Origin: Phycisphaeraceae bacterium
GTDB taxonomy: Bacteria > Planctomycetota > Phycisphaerae > Phycisphaerales > Zrk34
NCBI GenBank assembly: GCA_040905565.1
Contig: JBBDRF010000078.1
Coordinates: forward strand, 1 to 64,000
Direction: 5' to 3'
DNA length: 64,000 nt
Made by a program: the position numbers and the translations under genes. The stretch's first letter is position 1. Every line of letters starts with the position of its first letter. Below, one piece after another: positions 41,384-51,408 of the stretch. The notes under the pieces are model-generated. The model did not search any database. It saw only the letters and a program-made list of their open reading frames with translations, and was not told the DNA's origin.

Positions 41384-42100
41384 TCAATCGAAAAACGGTT
41401 TGTAGGTGGCCATGGGGTCGTCGATGGGGACGGGGCGGCAGCTGAGGAGGGGTTCGCCGAACTCGGTGCGGATCTGGGTGCCGTAGGTTCGGGCGCGGGC
41501 TTCGAGGCGGGCGAGGAAGTTGGGATCGCTGATCCAGACGAGTTTGTCGTTTTCGCCGGGCTGGTACAGCTGCGAATCATAGCAGCGGACGGAGTCGAGC
41601 TTCTGTTCGTGGTAGCCGGTGATGTCGACGATGAAGCTGGGCTCGAATCCCCAGTGTTGCATGAAGAAGAGAAATTCCTTGGGGCGGTGCGGCTCGCCCT
41701 TGGCGGGAAACTTTGCGAAGCCACACGGGTACATGATGTCGCGAACGATGTAGCCGGTGGCGCGGTGGTCGGGGTGAAGGTCTTCCCAGTAGGCAGCAAT
41801 GACGAGCTTGGGGCGGAAGTGGCGAATTTGTTCGATGACCGCGACCCGGTTTTTCAAGGTGTTTTCGAGCAGGCCGTCGCCGAGGTCGAGGTTGACGCGA
41901 TGGGAGACGTTGAGCACCTTCGCGGCGGCGGCGGCTTCTTCGTCGCGCTGTTCGGCCGTGCCTCGACTGCCCATTTCGCCTCGTGTCATGTCGACGATGG
42001 CGGTGGTATAGCCGCGGTCGGCGAGTTTGGCGAGGGTGCCGCCGACGGTCATCTCAGCGTCGTCGGGGTGGGCGGCGATAACGAGCACGTCAACACTCAT
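41384..42100 (-). CDS. bshB1: Bacillithiol biosynthesis deacetylase
   Basis: AHPDDAE, RGEMGSRGT and HPDH motifs (PIG-L family); lies between bshC and bshA. Confidence 0.88.
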   Translation of the reverse strand: MSVDVLVIAAHPDDAEMTVGGTLAKLADRGYTTAIVDMTRGEMGSRGTAEQRDEEAAAAAKVLNVSHRVNLDLGDGLLENTLKNRVAVIEQIRHFRPKLVIAAYWEDLHPDHRATGYIVRDIMYPCGFAKFPAKGEPHRPKEFLFFMQHWGFEPSFIVDITGYHEQKLDSVRCYDSQLYQPGENDKLVWISDPNFLARLEARARTYGTQIRTEFGEPLLSCRPVPIDDPMATYKPFFD

Positions 42101-43767
42101 GCGTGGGATTCCTTAGAAGCGGTGACGCCGGCGGGGGGCTGCGTCGCCAGTAAAAGATGATGGTCGAAGCGGGTGACATCCAGTCGCCGTAGCGCGTGGA
42201 CGAGGCCCGGCCCGAGTCGGCCGACGGCTTCGAGCACGCTCATGCGGCGCTCCTGAAGCTGATGGTGCGGATAGACCACGTCGGCGATGCGCTGCAGGCT
42301 GCGACGCCCGACGCCGTCGCGGTCGAGGCGACGCTGATGCACACGCCGGGTCACGCGGTCAATGCGGTAGCGGATCGAGTTGATCGCTTTGCCGATGGTC
42401 TTGCGCTCCGCGGGTTCATCGATGGCAGCGAGTTCTTCGGTCAACTGCTCCGCGAGCGACTGAAGCTGGCTGAGGTCGGCATCGTCCACGGCGGGTGCGT
42501 TTTCCAGTTCACGCAGATGGTCGAACACATCGAACACGTAGGTCGGTTCGGGAAGGTTCAGCCGTTCTACGTGGTGGGCGGTGCGGGCGTCGAGCAACGT
42601 GGCCGACAGCCGTGGCAGCAGCCATGATCGCTGCATGTGCATCACCCGGTAAAGCGGATCGATCTGCCAGAGGTAGAGCAGCTCGGTCGGCCCGGCGACC
42701 GTCGCCAGCGTCGGCAGAATCGCATCCTGCACGATCGGTCGCAGTGCGGCACTGGGGGAGAACTGCTCGGGGTTGCGCCGAATCTCGGCGGGCGAATCGG
42801 GCGTCACATCCTCCGCCACGCGGCGGTCCCACTGGTCGAGCTTGAAAAGATTCACACGCTCCAGCGGCGGCGTCAGGTCCTGCTGCGCCAGATGATCTCG
42901 GCCCTGCTGTAGTGCTGTTTCGAGGTCCGCCCATCGTTCCGCAGCCGCGGCGAGGACGGGGGCAGTCAGATCACGCAGCCACTCCGGATCCACCAGCACA
43001 ATGCCCGCCCCCCCGGCCGGCGCCCCCGGTCGCCGAAGCAGACGCGCAAGCAGCTGACCAAACTGCGTGGCGTAACTGCTGAGATTAAGCTCGGCGGTGA
43101 GGTCGGCGAGGGTGCGGCCGTGCGGCAGGTCGTTCGCTGCCTGCTCCACGAAACGTTCAAGCTCCGCACGATGATCGCTCAGCGTCACGTGCCCGACCGG
43201 CGGCCGCGGCCCGGGGCGATGCAACTGCGGGTGATCGAGCACAAGCTTGCCGTCGCCGACGGTCACGCGGTTGACCTCTTCGAGATCGTGGTCCTCGCTG
43301 GCGATCCAGAAGGCCGGCACGATCGGCACGTTCAGGCTCGGCTGCAACTGCTCGGCTGCGTTCACGGCCGTCACGGCTTTGAGCAGCGTGAACATCGGGC
43401 CCAGCAGCAGGCCGGGTTGCTGACCGGCGATCACCATTCGCCCCTCGCCACGAATCGCCGCCAGCGTTTCAGCATTAAGCGGATTGCCAAGCGCCGCGTT
43501 GCCGTCAGCCAGGGCCTCGGCGAGAGCGGCACGATTCAGGAACGGCGTGTCCGAAGGCGGGGCAGGCGGCTGATTGAAATCAAGCAGCGGGACATCATCA
43601 ACAAACGCGCCGGCAGCGAGGCGGGCGATGAACGCATCACGCCCAATCAACGGCACACGCTCCGGGGGCACAGCATAATGCGGCCAGTGAGCGGCGGGGC
43701 GATCACCCTGTGCGCCCGTTTCACTGCGGGACAGGTCGGGGGGGTGGGGGGGGCGGGGTGGGGTCAT
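42097..43767 (-). CDS. bshC: Bacillithiol cysteine-adding enzyme
   Basis: AGQQ..GP, FWIASEDHD, FSP..LRP..QD..LP, GPTE..Y and LQER motifs. Confidence 0.88.
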   Translation of the reverse strand: MTPPRPPHPPDLSRSETGAQGDRPAAHWPHYAVPPERVPLIGRDAFIARLAAGAFVDDVPLLDFNQPPAPPSDTPFLNRAALAEALADGNAALGNPLNAETLAAIRGEGRMVIAGQQPGLLLGPMFTLLKAVTAVNAAEQLQPSLNVPIVPAFWIASEDHDLEEVNRVTVGDGKLVLDHPQLHRPGPRPPVGHVTLSDHRAELERFVEQAANDLPHGRTLADLTAELNLSSYATQFGQLLARLLRRPGAPAGGAGIVLVDPEWLRDLTAPVLAAAAERWADLETALQQGRDHLAQQDLTPPLERVNLFKLDQWDRRVAEDVTPDSPAEIRRNPEQFSPSAALRPIVQDAILPTLATVAGPTELLYLWQIDPLYRVMHMQRSWLLPRLSATLLDARTAHHVERLNLPEPTYVFDVFDHLRELENAPAVDDADLSQLQSLAEQLTEELAAIDEPAERKTIGKAINSIRYRIDRVTRRVHQRRLDRDGVGRRSLQRIADVVYPHHQLQERRMSVLEAVGRLGPGLVHALRRLDVTRFDHHLLLATQPPAGVTASKESHA

Positions 43768-44558
43768 TGGCGGACCCCGATCGCGATCATGCGGGCGGAA
43801 TCTGCTGTGAGCGGATCGCCTTCGAAACTGCCAACGAGTTGCACAGCACGCAGCCCGGCCGCTTCGAGCATCGTCATGAACTCAGCCGGTTCGTACAGCC
43901 GCACGCTTTCGGTGAAGGTGCGCTGCTCGGTGCCGTCGTTTACGTCGATGCGATTCACCACACGCTGATCGATGATCTGCCGGCGGTTCTCGACGAGCAC
44001 CTCGCCCCTCGGCCCCTGCACGGTGCGACGCGAATGCGGCTCAAGCGTCTCACGCAGACGCGGGGCGTGCATCAGATCCATCAGCAGCTTTCCGCCCGGC
44101 CGAAGCGTGCTCGCCATCTGCTTAAGGGCCTGCTCATTCGCCGCATCCTCCGCGAAATAGCCGAAGCTGGTGAACAGGTTCACCGCAGCGTCGAACGATC
44201 CCCCAGCAAACGGCAACGCACGCAGATCAGCCCGCACCACGCGACCGGCAAGCCCCGGTCGCTCCGCCGCCGACTTGAGCAACGGCCAACTGAGATCGAC
44301 CCCCCACGCGTTGAGATTCTGCTGGCACATGGCGGCCAGATGCCGACCCGTCCCGCAACAGATATCCAACACGCGGGCAGCAGCGGGAAGCTTTAACAGT
44401 TTCAAAAACGCAGCGGCCTCGGCAGCGGCAGAGGCGTCGTCGCGGTGCTGATACAGCAACGGATACAACTCCCCGAACGATCGGGCGTACCAATCTTCCG
44501 GGGCGCGGTGGGGCGGATAGGGGGAATGGGGGGGAGGTCCTGCCATGGCTTGGGTCAT
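43764..44558 (-). CDS. Class I SAM-dependent methyltransferase, candidate bacillithiol N-methyltransferase
   Basis: VLDICCGTGRH and NLFTSFGYF motifs; stop overlaps the bshC start (ATGA). Confidence 0.8.
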   Translation of the reverse strand: MTQAMAGPPPHSPYPPHRAPEDWYARSFGELYPLLYQHRDDASAAAEAAAFLKLLKLPAAARVLDICCGTGRHLAAMCQQNLNAWGVDLSWPLLKSAAERPGLAGRVVRADLRALPFAGGSFDAAVNLFTSFGYFAEDAANEQALKQMASTLRPGGKLLMDLMHAPRLRETLEPHSRRTVQGPRGEVLVENRRQIIDQRVVNRIDVNDGTEQRTFTESVRLYEPAEFMTMLEAAGLRAVQLVGSFEGDPLTADSARMIAIGVRQ

Positions 44559-44658
44559 CTTACCATGATAAATCATCGTCGCCGCCCGCGCCCACGCTAC
44601 CCCCCGCTGGATACCCGCCCGCCTCCCGACGAAGGTGAACGAAAACCGTAGGGGCTCT

Positions 44659-45336
44659 ATGATGGGCGACATGGTTGGCACGGGTTATGAAATGTTGACG
44701 GACCTGGCGCAACGTGGCGGCTGGGTGATGTGGCCACTCGGCGTGATGAGCGTGGTGGCGCTGACGCTGATCTTCGAACGCTGCTGGTTCTTCCTGGTCA
44801 CGAACAACCGCTGGCGGCAGGCGAAGTTTCTGCGTATCAGTCGGCATCTGAGGCACGATGAGCACGATCAAGTCGCTGCCCTGGTCGCGGAGGATCGCTC
44901 GGTCTACGGCCGCCTTGTTCAGCGGCTCATCGCTGAGGGCCCCGACGCGGCTGCTGCGGATGAGGCGATTACGATGCAACGGCCGAGGCTTGAACGATTC
45001 ATGCCCACGCTCGGCACGATCATCACGGCCGCCCCGATGCTCGGCATCCTCGGCACGGTCACGGGCATCATCTCCGCATTCCGCATCCTCTCCGACGAAG
45101 CGGTGACGGACCCTTCCATGGTCGGCATGGGCATCGCGGAGGCGCTGCTGACGACGGTGGTGGGGCTGGTGATTGCGCTCGTGGTGCTGTTCCCGTTCAA
45201 CGCATTTCGGGCACAGGTCGATCGCTCACTGGGGCGGATGGATTCGCTGGTCGCCTCGGCTCAGCACAGTCAGCGCAGGCGTGAGCGGACGTCGGCCCTC
45301 CCGCAAACCGAACAGGCTGAGCCGGTCGGGCGGTAG
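44659..45336 (+). CDS. MotA/TolQ/ExbB proton channel family protein
   Basis: GGWVMWPL, APMLGILGTV.G and GIAEAL.TT..GL motifs. Confidence 0.9.
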   Translation: MMGDMVGTGYEMLTDLAQRGGWVMWPLGVMSVVALTLIFERCWFFLVTNNRWRQAKFLRISRHLRHDEHDQVAALVAEDRSVYGRLVQRLIAEGPDAAAADEAITMQRPRLERFMPTLGTIITAAPMLGILGTVTGIISAFRILSDEAVTDPSMVGMGIAEALLTTVVGLVIALVVLFPFNAFRAQVDRSLGRMDSLVASAQHSQRRRERTSALPQTEQAEPVGR

Positions 45337-45453
45337 GGGCTGAAAAGGTTCACTTTGAGTTCGTGTCGACCGCGGTCGTCGACCGCCGATGGTGGTAGAA
45401 AAGGCCAACCGCTCAGGCCGATTCGTGGTACTTGTTTTCTTGGATGTCGCATC

Positions 45454-48354
45454 ATGAAGTCAGCTTCACTTTCGGTTGAGGATCGCACCCGTGCCTTCGA
45501 GACGGCCCTTCGCAAGGCGGTGCGTGGGGACGTCCGCTTTGATGCCGTCACACGCGGCATTCACGCCACCGACGCCAGCCACTACCAGGTGATGCCGATG
45601 TGTGTCGTCTGGCCGGTGGATGCCGACGATGCTGCCGCGGCACTTCGGTTGGCGCATGAGCATGAGGTGGCCATCACGCCACGCGGTGCGGGGACGAGTC
45701 TTTCCGGGCAGACGATGTGGCACGGGATGATTCTCGATTTCTCCCGTTACATGGATCGCGTGCTCGAAGTCGACGCTGAGGCGGGATGGGTGCGGGCGCA
45801 ACCGGGCGTGATCCGCGACCAGCTCAACAAGCAGCTGACACCGACGGGGCTGCACTTTCCACCCGATCCGGCCACCAGCAACCGTGCCACCGTCGGCGGC
45901 ATGATGGCCAACAACTCCAGCGGCACCCGCAGCATCATCTACGGCAAGACCAGCGACTACGTCCTTGAACTCAAGGTCGCACTGACCGACGGCACTATCA
46001 TCACGCTCCGCCCGCACAGCCGTGATGAATGGCGCGCAGTCGCTGAGGGCGAGGGACGAGAGGCTGAGATTTACGCCGGGTTCGAGAAGGTGATTCAGGC
46101 GAATCGTGACGAAATCGCCAAGCGTTACTCGAAGGTGATGCGGCGGGTGGCGGGGTACGCGCTCGATGCCTTCGACGATTCAGCCGACACATGGAACCTC
46201 GCCCAGATCATCCTCGGCAGCGAGGGCACCCTCTGCGTCGTCCTCGAAGCAAAGCTGAGGCTGGTGCCGGTGCCGCGAGCTACAGCGGTTTGTGCGGTGC
46301 ATTTTCACACGCTGACCGATTCGCTGCGAGGCGTGGGGCCGATCCTTGAACATGCGCCGGCTGCGGTGGAACTGCTCGATGAACTGGTGCTTACCGAAGC
46401 CGTCCGCAATCGCACCACGGCACACCTGACGGATTTCGTCGAAGGCAAACCCGGCGCAATGTTGCTGGTCGAGGTGTTCGGCGAAGATCAGGCGGACGCG
46501 ACCCATCGCATCGAGAAACTCGCAGCCGATCTGGCCGAGCGCGGCGTCGGGTACAGCTGGCCTGTGCGCAGCGATGCAGCCGGTCAGAAGCGCATCTGGG
46601 ATGTTCGCAAGCTCGGGCTGGGGCTCATCAGCAATCAGCCGGGGGCGCGGAAGGGGCAGGCATTCATCGAGGATGCGTGTGTGCCCGTGGAGGTGCTGCC
46701 GGATTACATCGATAAGGTGCTGGCGATTTGCAAGGAGCACGACACGCCCGTCACGCTGTACGCCCATGCGAGTGTGGGCGTGCTGCACGTTCGGCCGATC
46801 CTCGATCTGCATGTGACCGAAGACGTCGCGAAAATGCAGTCGATCGCGAACGCTGCTTTCAAAGTCGTGCAGGAATACAACGGCGTGTGGAGCGGCGAGC
46901 ACGGCGACGGCCTGGTCCGCGGCATGTTCATCAAACCCTATTTCGGCGATCAGATTTACGAAGCGTTTCGCGAGGTGAAGCGGCTGTTCGATCCGAAGGG
47001 GTTGATGAATCCCGGGAAGATCGTGGACGTGCCGCCGATGACGGAGAACCTGCGCTACGGTGAGGAGTATCGCCTTGCCGAGGTGCCTGCCACTTCTTTT
47101 CATCATCGCGAGCAGGGCGGCTTCGCGCTGGCGGTCGAACAGTGCAACGGCGTGGGGGCGTGCCGCAAGCTGGACGCGGGAACGATGTGCCCCAGTTACA
47201 TGGCGACACGCGATGAAGCGCACTCAACGCGCGGCCGGGCGAACGCACTCCGTCTCGCCATGACCGGTCAGCTCGGCAAGGACGCACTGGCGAGCGACGG
47301 GGTGCATGAAACGCTTGAGCTGTGTCTTTCCTGCAAGGCCTGCAAGAGCGAATGCCCGAACGGCGTGGACATGGCGAAGCTCAAAGGCGACGCGCTGCAA
47401 TTGCGGCACGACAAGTTCGGCGTGCCGATCGGGACGCGGATGATGGCGACCCTGCCACGCGTGGCGCCGTGGTTCGTGGGGCCGTTGTCGCATCTGATCA
47501 ATCCGATCCAGCGCAGCGGGCTGGCGCGGTGGATGGGGGCACGATTCGGTGGCGTCGATGCCAGACGTTCGCTGCCGCCGTTTGCCCGGGAATCGCTGAC
47601 CAGGTGGTTCGGCAAGCGCTCGTCGCCTCGCGAAAGCGACCGGCCCGAGGTTGTGCTTTTCGACGACACCTTCGCCAACTACTTCGAGCCCGGCGTCGGC
47701 AAGGCGGCGGTGCAGCTGCTCGAAGCGTGCGGCTACCGCGTGCTGCTGGCGGCGGCGGGCTGCTGCCAACGACCGGCCATTTCCAAGGGCATGTTGCGCG
47801 AGGCGAGACGGCACGGCGAAGCGACGCTCCGCAATCTCGACGTTCACGCGAAAGCCGGCCGACCAATTCTGACGCTCGAACCCAGCTGTGCGTCGGCCCT
47901 CACCGAAGACCTGCCCGATCTCATCGACGACGTCGGACTCGGCCAGCGCATCGCCGCTCACGTGCAGCCGATGGAAAGCTTTCTTGCTGCCGAAATCGAA
48001 GCAGGCCGGCTGACCGGTCGCTTCCGCGCCGCCTGTGAGCAGGTGCTGCTGCACGGTCACTGTCATCAAAAGGCCGGGCCGGGCACCGCGGCGATCAAGC
48101 GTGTGCTGAGCGAAGTGGAGGGGCTGAACGTGCAGGAGATCGATTCGGGCTGCTGCGGCATGGCGGGATCGTTCGGTTACGAACATTACGACCTGTCGTT
48201 GAAGATCGGTGAGGATCGGCTGTTCCCCGCGGTGCGCAATCGACCCAAGGGGGCGGCCGTGATCGCCAGCGGTACAAGCTGCCGTCACCAGTTGCACGAC
48301 GGCTGCGATGTCGAGGCGAAGCACTGGGTGGAACTGCTAAGCTATGAAAAATAG
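45454..48354 (+). CDS. FAD-linked oxidase with Fe-S and CCG domains (YdiJ/GlcD-GlcF-like)
   Basis: RGAGTSLSGQ, GSEGTL, SGEHGDG, CxxCxxCxxxCP and CCGMAG motifs. Confidence 0.9.
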   Translation: MKSASLSVEDRTRAFETALRKAVRGDVRFDAVTRGIHATDASHYQVMPMCVVWPVDADDAAAALRLAHEHEVAITPRGAGTSLSGQTMWHGMILDFSRYMDRVLEVDAEAGWVRAQPGVIRDQLNKQLTPTGLHFPPDPATSNRATVGGMMANNSSGTRSIIYGKTSDYVLELKVALTDGTIITLRPHSRDEWRAVAEGEGREAEIYAGFEKVIQANRDEIAKRYSKVMRRVAGYALDAFDDSADTWNLAQIILGSEGTLCVVLEAKLRLVPVPRATAVCAVHFHTLTDSLRGVGPILEHAPAAVELLDELVLTEAVRNRTTAHLTDFVEGKPGAMLLVEVFGEDQADATHRIEKLAADLAERGVGYSWPVRSDAAGQKRIWDVRKLGLGLISNQPGARKGQAFIEDACVPVEVLPDYIDKVLAICKEHDTPVTLYAHASVGVLHVRPILDLHVTEDVAKMQSIANAAFKVVQEYNGVWSGEHGDGLVRGMFIKPYFGDQIYEAFREVKRLFDPKGLMNPGKIVDVPPMTENLRYGEEYRLAEVPATSFHHREQGGFALAVEQCNGVGACRKLDAGTMCPSYMATRDEAHSTRGRANALRLAMTGQLGKDALASDGVHETLELCLSCKACKSECPNGVDMAKLKGDALQLRHDKFGVPIGTRMMATLPRVAPWFVGPLSHLINPIQRSGLARWMGARFGGVDARRSLPPFARESLTRWFGKRSSPRESDRPEVVLFDDTFANYFEPGVGKAAVQLLEACGYRVLLAAAGCCQRPAISKGMLREARRHGEATLRNLDVHAKAGRPILTLEPSCASALTEDLPDLIDDVGLGQRIAAHVQPMESFLAAEIEAGRLTGRFRAACEQVLLHGHCHQKAGPGTAAIKRVLSEVEGLNVQEIDSGCCGMAGSFGYEHYDLSLKIGEDRLFPAVRNRPKGAAVIASGTSCRHQLHDGCDVEAKHWVELLSYEK

Positions 48355-48468
48355 AACAGCTGCAAGGTTCGCGTCGCTTTGCGTTCGTCGTCGACCTTCC
48401 GGTAAAGTAGCCCGCTCGCATTCACATTCACAACGCTGACGCGGTTATCCGCACGGACGATTTGAACC

Positions 48469-49659
48469 ATGTTTGAACATCAGGAAATGGCGCCGCCCGA
48501 CCCGATCCTTGGACTTACCGAGGCCTACAACGAGGACGCGAACCCGCAGAAGGTGAACCTCGCGGTCGGCGTTTATAAGGACGCCAAGGGCACCACGCCC
48601 ATCCTTCAAACGGTGAAGCAGGCCGAGGCACGCCTTCTCGAAACCGAGACGACCAAGGCCTACAAGCCGATCGACGGCGACAGGGCCTACGCTCGTTTCG
48701 TGCAGGATCTGCTGTTCGGCAGCGACCACGAAATCGTCACCAGCAAGCGTGCCGCCACCGCCCATACGCCCGGCGGCACCGGGGCGCTCCGCGTCGCTGG
48801 CGAGTATCTGGCACAGCTGAATCCCGAAGCAACGCTTCACCTGAGCGATCCGACCTGGGCGAACCATCAGCCGATCTTCACCGCTGCGGGCCTGAAGCTT
48901 GCGAAGTATCCGTACTTCGACGCAGCGACCAACGGCGTGAACTTCGACGCCATGCTCGACGCCCTCGGCAAGCTGCCGGCCGGCGACATCGTGCTGCTGC
49001 ACGGCTGCTGTCACAACCCCACCGGGGCCGACCTCTCCATCGATCAGTGGAAGCAGGTTTCGCAGCTGCTGGTCGAGCGCGGCCTGCTGCCCGTCGTCGA
49101 CTTCGCATACCAGGGTTTCGGCGAAGGGCTGGAGCGGGATGCGGACGGGCTGCGGACGCTGCTGGAAACGGTGCCCGAGGTCGTCATCTGCTCGAGCTTT
49201 TCCAAGAACTTCGGGCTGTACAACGAACGCGTCGGCGCGCTCACCATGGTCGCCCAGACCCAGCAGCACGCAGCGAATGTGATGAGCCACGTCAAACGCT
49301 GCATCCGCGGCAACTACTCCAACCCGCCAGCGCACGGCGGGGCGATCGTGGCGACGATTCTGGGCGACGCCGACCTGCGCCAGCGGTGGGAGGGCGAAGT
49401 GGCCGACATGCGGGGCCGAATCAACGGCATGCGGAAGCTGTTCGTGCAGACGCTGCGTGACAAGGGCGTCGCGCGCGACTTCAGTTTCATTGAGCAGCAG
49501 CGCGGCATGTTCAGCTTCTCGGGCCTGACCAAGGATCAGGTGCAGGCGCTGCGCGATCAGCATTCGATTTACATCGTGGGGTCCGGCCGCATCAACGTGG
49601 CGGGGATGACCGAGGACAATATGGATCAGCTTTGCGAAGCGATCGCGGCTGTGCTTTGA
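48469..49659 (+). CDS. aspC: Aspartate/aromatic amino acid aminotransferase
   Basis: PPDPILG, HGCCHNPTG, DFAYQGF, SFSKNFGLY.ER and GRIN motifs. Confidence 0.9.
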   Translation: MFEHQEMAPPDPILGLTEAYNEDANPQKVNLAVGVYKDAKGTTPILQTVKQAEARLLETETTKAYKPIDGDRAYARFVQDLLFGSDHEIVTSKRAATAHTPGGTGALRVAGEYLAQLNPEATLHLSDPTWANHQPIFTAAGLKLAKYPYFDAATNGVNFDAMLDALGKLPAGDIVLLHGCCHNPTGADLSIDQWKQVSQLLVERGLLPVVDFAYQGFGEGLERDADGLRTLLETVPEVVICSSFSKNFGLYNERVGALTMVAQTQQHAANVMSHVKRCIRGNYSNPPAHGGAIVATILGDADLRQRWEGEVADMRGRINGMRKLFVQTLRDKGVARDFSFIEQQRGMFSFSGLTKDQVQALRDQHSIYIVGSGRINVAGMTEDNMDQLCEAIAAVL

Positions 49660-49689
49660 GCATGCGCATCGACATGACGACTCACGAAA

Positions 49690-49718
49690 GAAGCCCACGG
49701 CGCGATGCCGTGGGCTTC
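49690..49718. terminator. Hairpin between convergent genes, probable terminator
   Basis: Perfect 12-bp stem GAAGCCCACGGC/GCCGTGGGCTTC. Confidence 0.7.
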
Positions 49719-49747
49719 GTCGTTGACACTACGATGGGTCGGGAGTT

Positions 49748-50221
49748 TTACGGGGTGGGAAGCGGCTGCAGCTCTTCCTGCTGCGGTGCTTCAGCACCTT
49801 CGTTGATTTGCTCGACAACCTGATCGGTGAGGTCTTCGACCTCGACGCCGGGGGCCGAGTAGACCACCTCGACGGCCACGATATCGACGTTCGCGTTCTC
49901 GGCGATCTCGGGGACGGCGGCTTCGACGTCCTGCTGGAATTTCTGGATCAGCTCCTGCTGCATCTGCTCCGCCTCCTGCTGCAGCTGGCCGAGTTGTTCG
50001 GGCTCAAGCTCCTGGGCCTGCATCTGAAGCTCCTGCATCGCTTGCTGGAACTCCGCGGTGCGGTGGTAGAGCTGGAAAGCCTGCTGCGGCTGATAGGTAC
50101 CGACGCGGACCTGCTCAGCATCGGCAGCGCCCGCACGATCGAACCCGATGGCCAGGGCGGCCAGGGCGACCATCGCGATGGCGACGAAGCTGATGCGCGT
50201 ACGGTTGTTCACTTGGGACAT
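49748..50221 (-). CDS. OmpH/Skp-like periplasmic protein
   Basis: Signal peptide, RVG strand, Q/E-rich helices and IA...VDIV...DLTDQVV end. Confidence 0.65.
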   Translation of the reverse strand: MSQVNNRTRISFVAIAMVALAALAIGFDRAGAADAEQVRVGTYQPQQAFQLYHRTAEFQQAMQELQMQAQELEPEQLGQLQQEAEQMQQELIQKFQQDVEAAVPEIAENANVDIVAVEVVYSAPGVEVEDLTDQVVEQINEGAEAPQQEELQPLPTP

Positions 50222-50258
50222 GGTGTCTCCTCTAAAGTGCGACGAGCGATATCGCTCG

Positions 50259-50297
50259 AAAAATGAGCGAACGCCCATGGTGCGCATGGGCGTTCGC
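50259..50297 (-). terminator. Terminator after the small lipoprotein gene
   Basis: 13-bp stem GCGAACGCCCATG/CATGGGCGTTCGC followed on - by TCATTTTT. Confidence 0.7.
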
Positions 50298-50316
50298 GTG
50301 TGTGGTCAAGATTGCT

Positions 50317-50523
50317 TTACGGCTGCGGCGGCTGCGTGGGCTCGCCGGGCTCGGTGGGTTCGGTGGGATCGGTGGGTTCGCCGGGTTGGGTGCCGGGCTC
50401 GCCTGGTTCATACGCTGGGGGCTGCTCACCGCCGGGAGTATTCGGCGATTCCTGCTCACAGGCAATCATCCCCAAGGTGCTCACTCCGAGGACGGCGAGA
50501 AGCGTGAGAAGTTTCAGATGCAT
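50317..50523 (-). CDS. Small Pro/Glu-rich lipoprotein
   Basis: Signal peptide with MIAC lipobox-like site; PGE/PTE repeats; AGGAAG SD. Confidence 0.7.
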   Translation of the reverse strand: MHLKLLTLLAVLGVSTLGMIACEQESPNTPGGEQPPAYEPGEPGTQPGEPTDPTEPTEPGEPTQPPQP

Positions 50524-50592
50524 CGGACTCTTCCTTTCCAAAATTGGCGAAAATTCGGCCGCGTCATTCCTTGAACGCCGCGTGCTGAACCC

Positions 50593-50620
50593 TTAGACGC
50601 GGAACCCGACGCTGAGTTCC
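50593..50620 (-). promoter_or_regulatory. Putative ECF sigma promoter
   Basis: On -: GGAACT-16 nt-GTCTAA. Confidence 0.6.
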
Positions 50621-50698
50621 CGCTCATGGCAAAAAAAATCACGTCACTTTTGGCGTGTCTGAACAGGCTTTCGTTCAAGCAGTTACGCATATATTCCC

Positions 50699-51241
50699 CT
50701 ACGGCTTCCAAGCGATGTCGGCGACCTTCGCCAGCTGGTTCGCCCGCCGGGCCATGGCGAATAGCAGGTCGCTGAGGCGATTGATGTAGGAGAGCACCGG
50801 GGCATCGACCGGTTCGGCCTGCGCCAGCGCCACGATCTGCCGCTCGGCCCGCCGGCACACGGTGCGCGCCAGGTGCAGCCGGGCTGCCGATTCAGTCCCC
50901 CCCGGCAATACGAAATGACGCATCGGCTCAAGCACCGCCGTGAGCCGATCTATCTCACGCTCAAGACGCTCGACCTGTGCTCCGTTGAATGGCTTGACGT
51001 GCCCGATCGTCTCGCCCGGCGGGGTGCAGAGGGCCGAGCCGAGTTCGAACAACTCCGGCTGAAGCTGCATCAGCACCGGCTTGATGTGCTCAGGCTCGGC
51101 AACGACGGCAGCAAACCCGATCGCGCTATTGAGTTCGTCGACGCCGCCGTACGCTTCCACACGCAGCGTGTTCTTCTCAACCCGCTGACCGCCGAAGAGG
51201 GCGGTCTGGCCGGCGTCGCCTTGTCGCGTATACAGCTTCAT
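50699..51241 (-). CDS. PduO-type cob(I)alamin adenosyltransferase
   Basis: LYTRQGDAGQT, AYGGVDELNS, ARTVCRRAER and NRLSDLLF motifs. Confidence 0.93.
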   Translation of the reverse strand: MKLYTRQGDAGQTALFGGQRVEKNTLRVEAYGGVDELNSAIGFAAVVAEPEHIKPVLMQLQPELFELGSALCTPPGETIGHVKPFNGAQVERLEREIDRLTAVLEPMRHFVLPGGTESAARLHLARTVCRRAERQIVALAQAEPVDAPVLSYINRLSDLLFAMARRANQLAKVADIAWKP

Positions 51242-51408
51242 CGTCTGGCGCTCGTGGTCAAAGTAGCACGCCCCGGAAGCTCCGAGGTTCGATGACTATA
51301 GCACAGGTACTCAGAAGAACCTATGCCGGTGCGAAACCGAGCGCCGCACGAGGGAACATCCGGTGGCGGGGGCGGGGCGATTGCTGCTGTGAGATGACGA
51401 AGGCTTGA

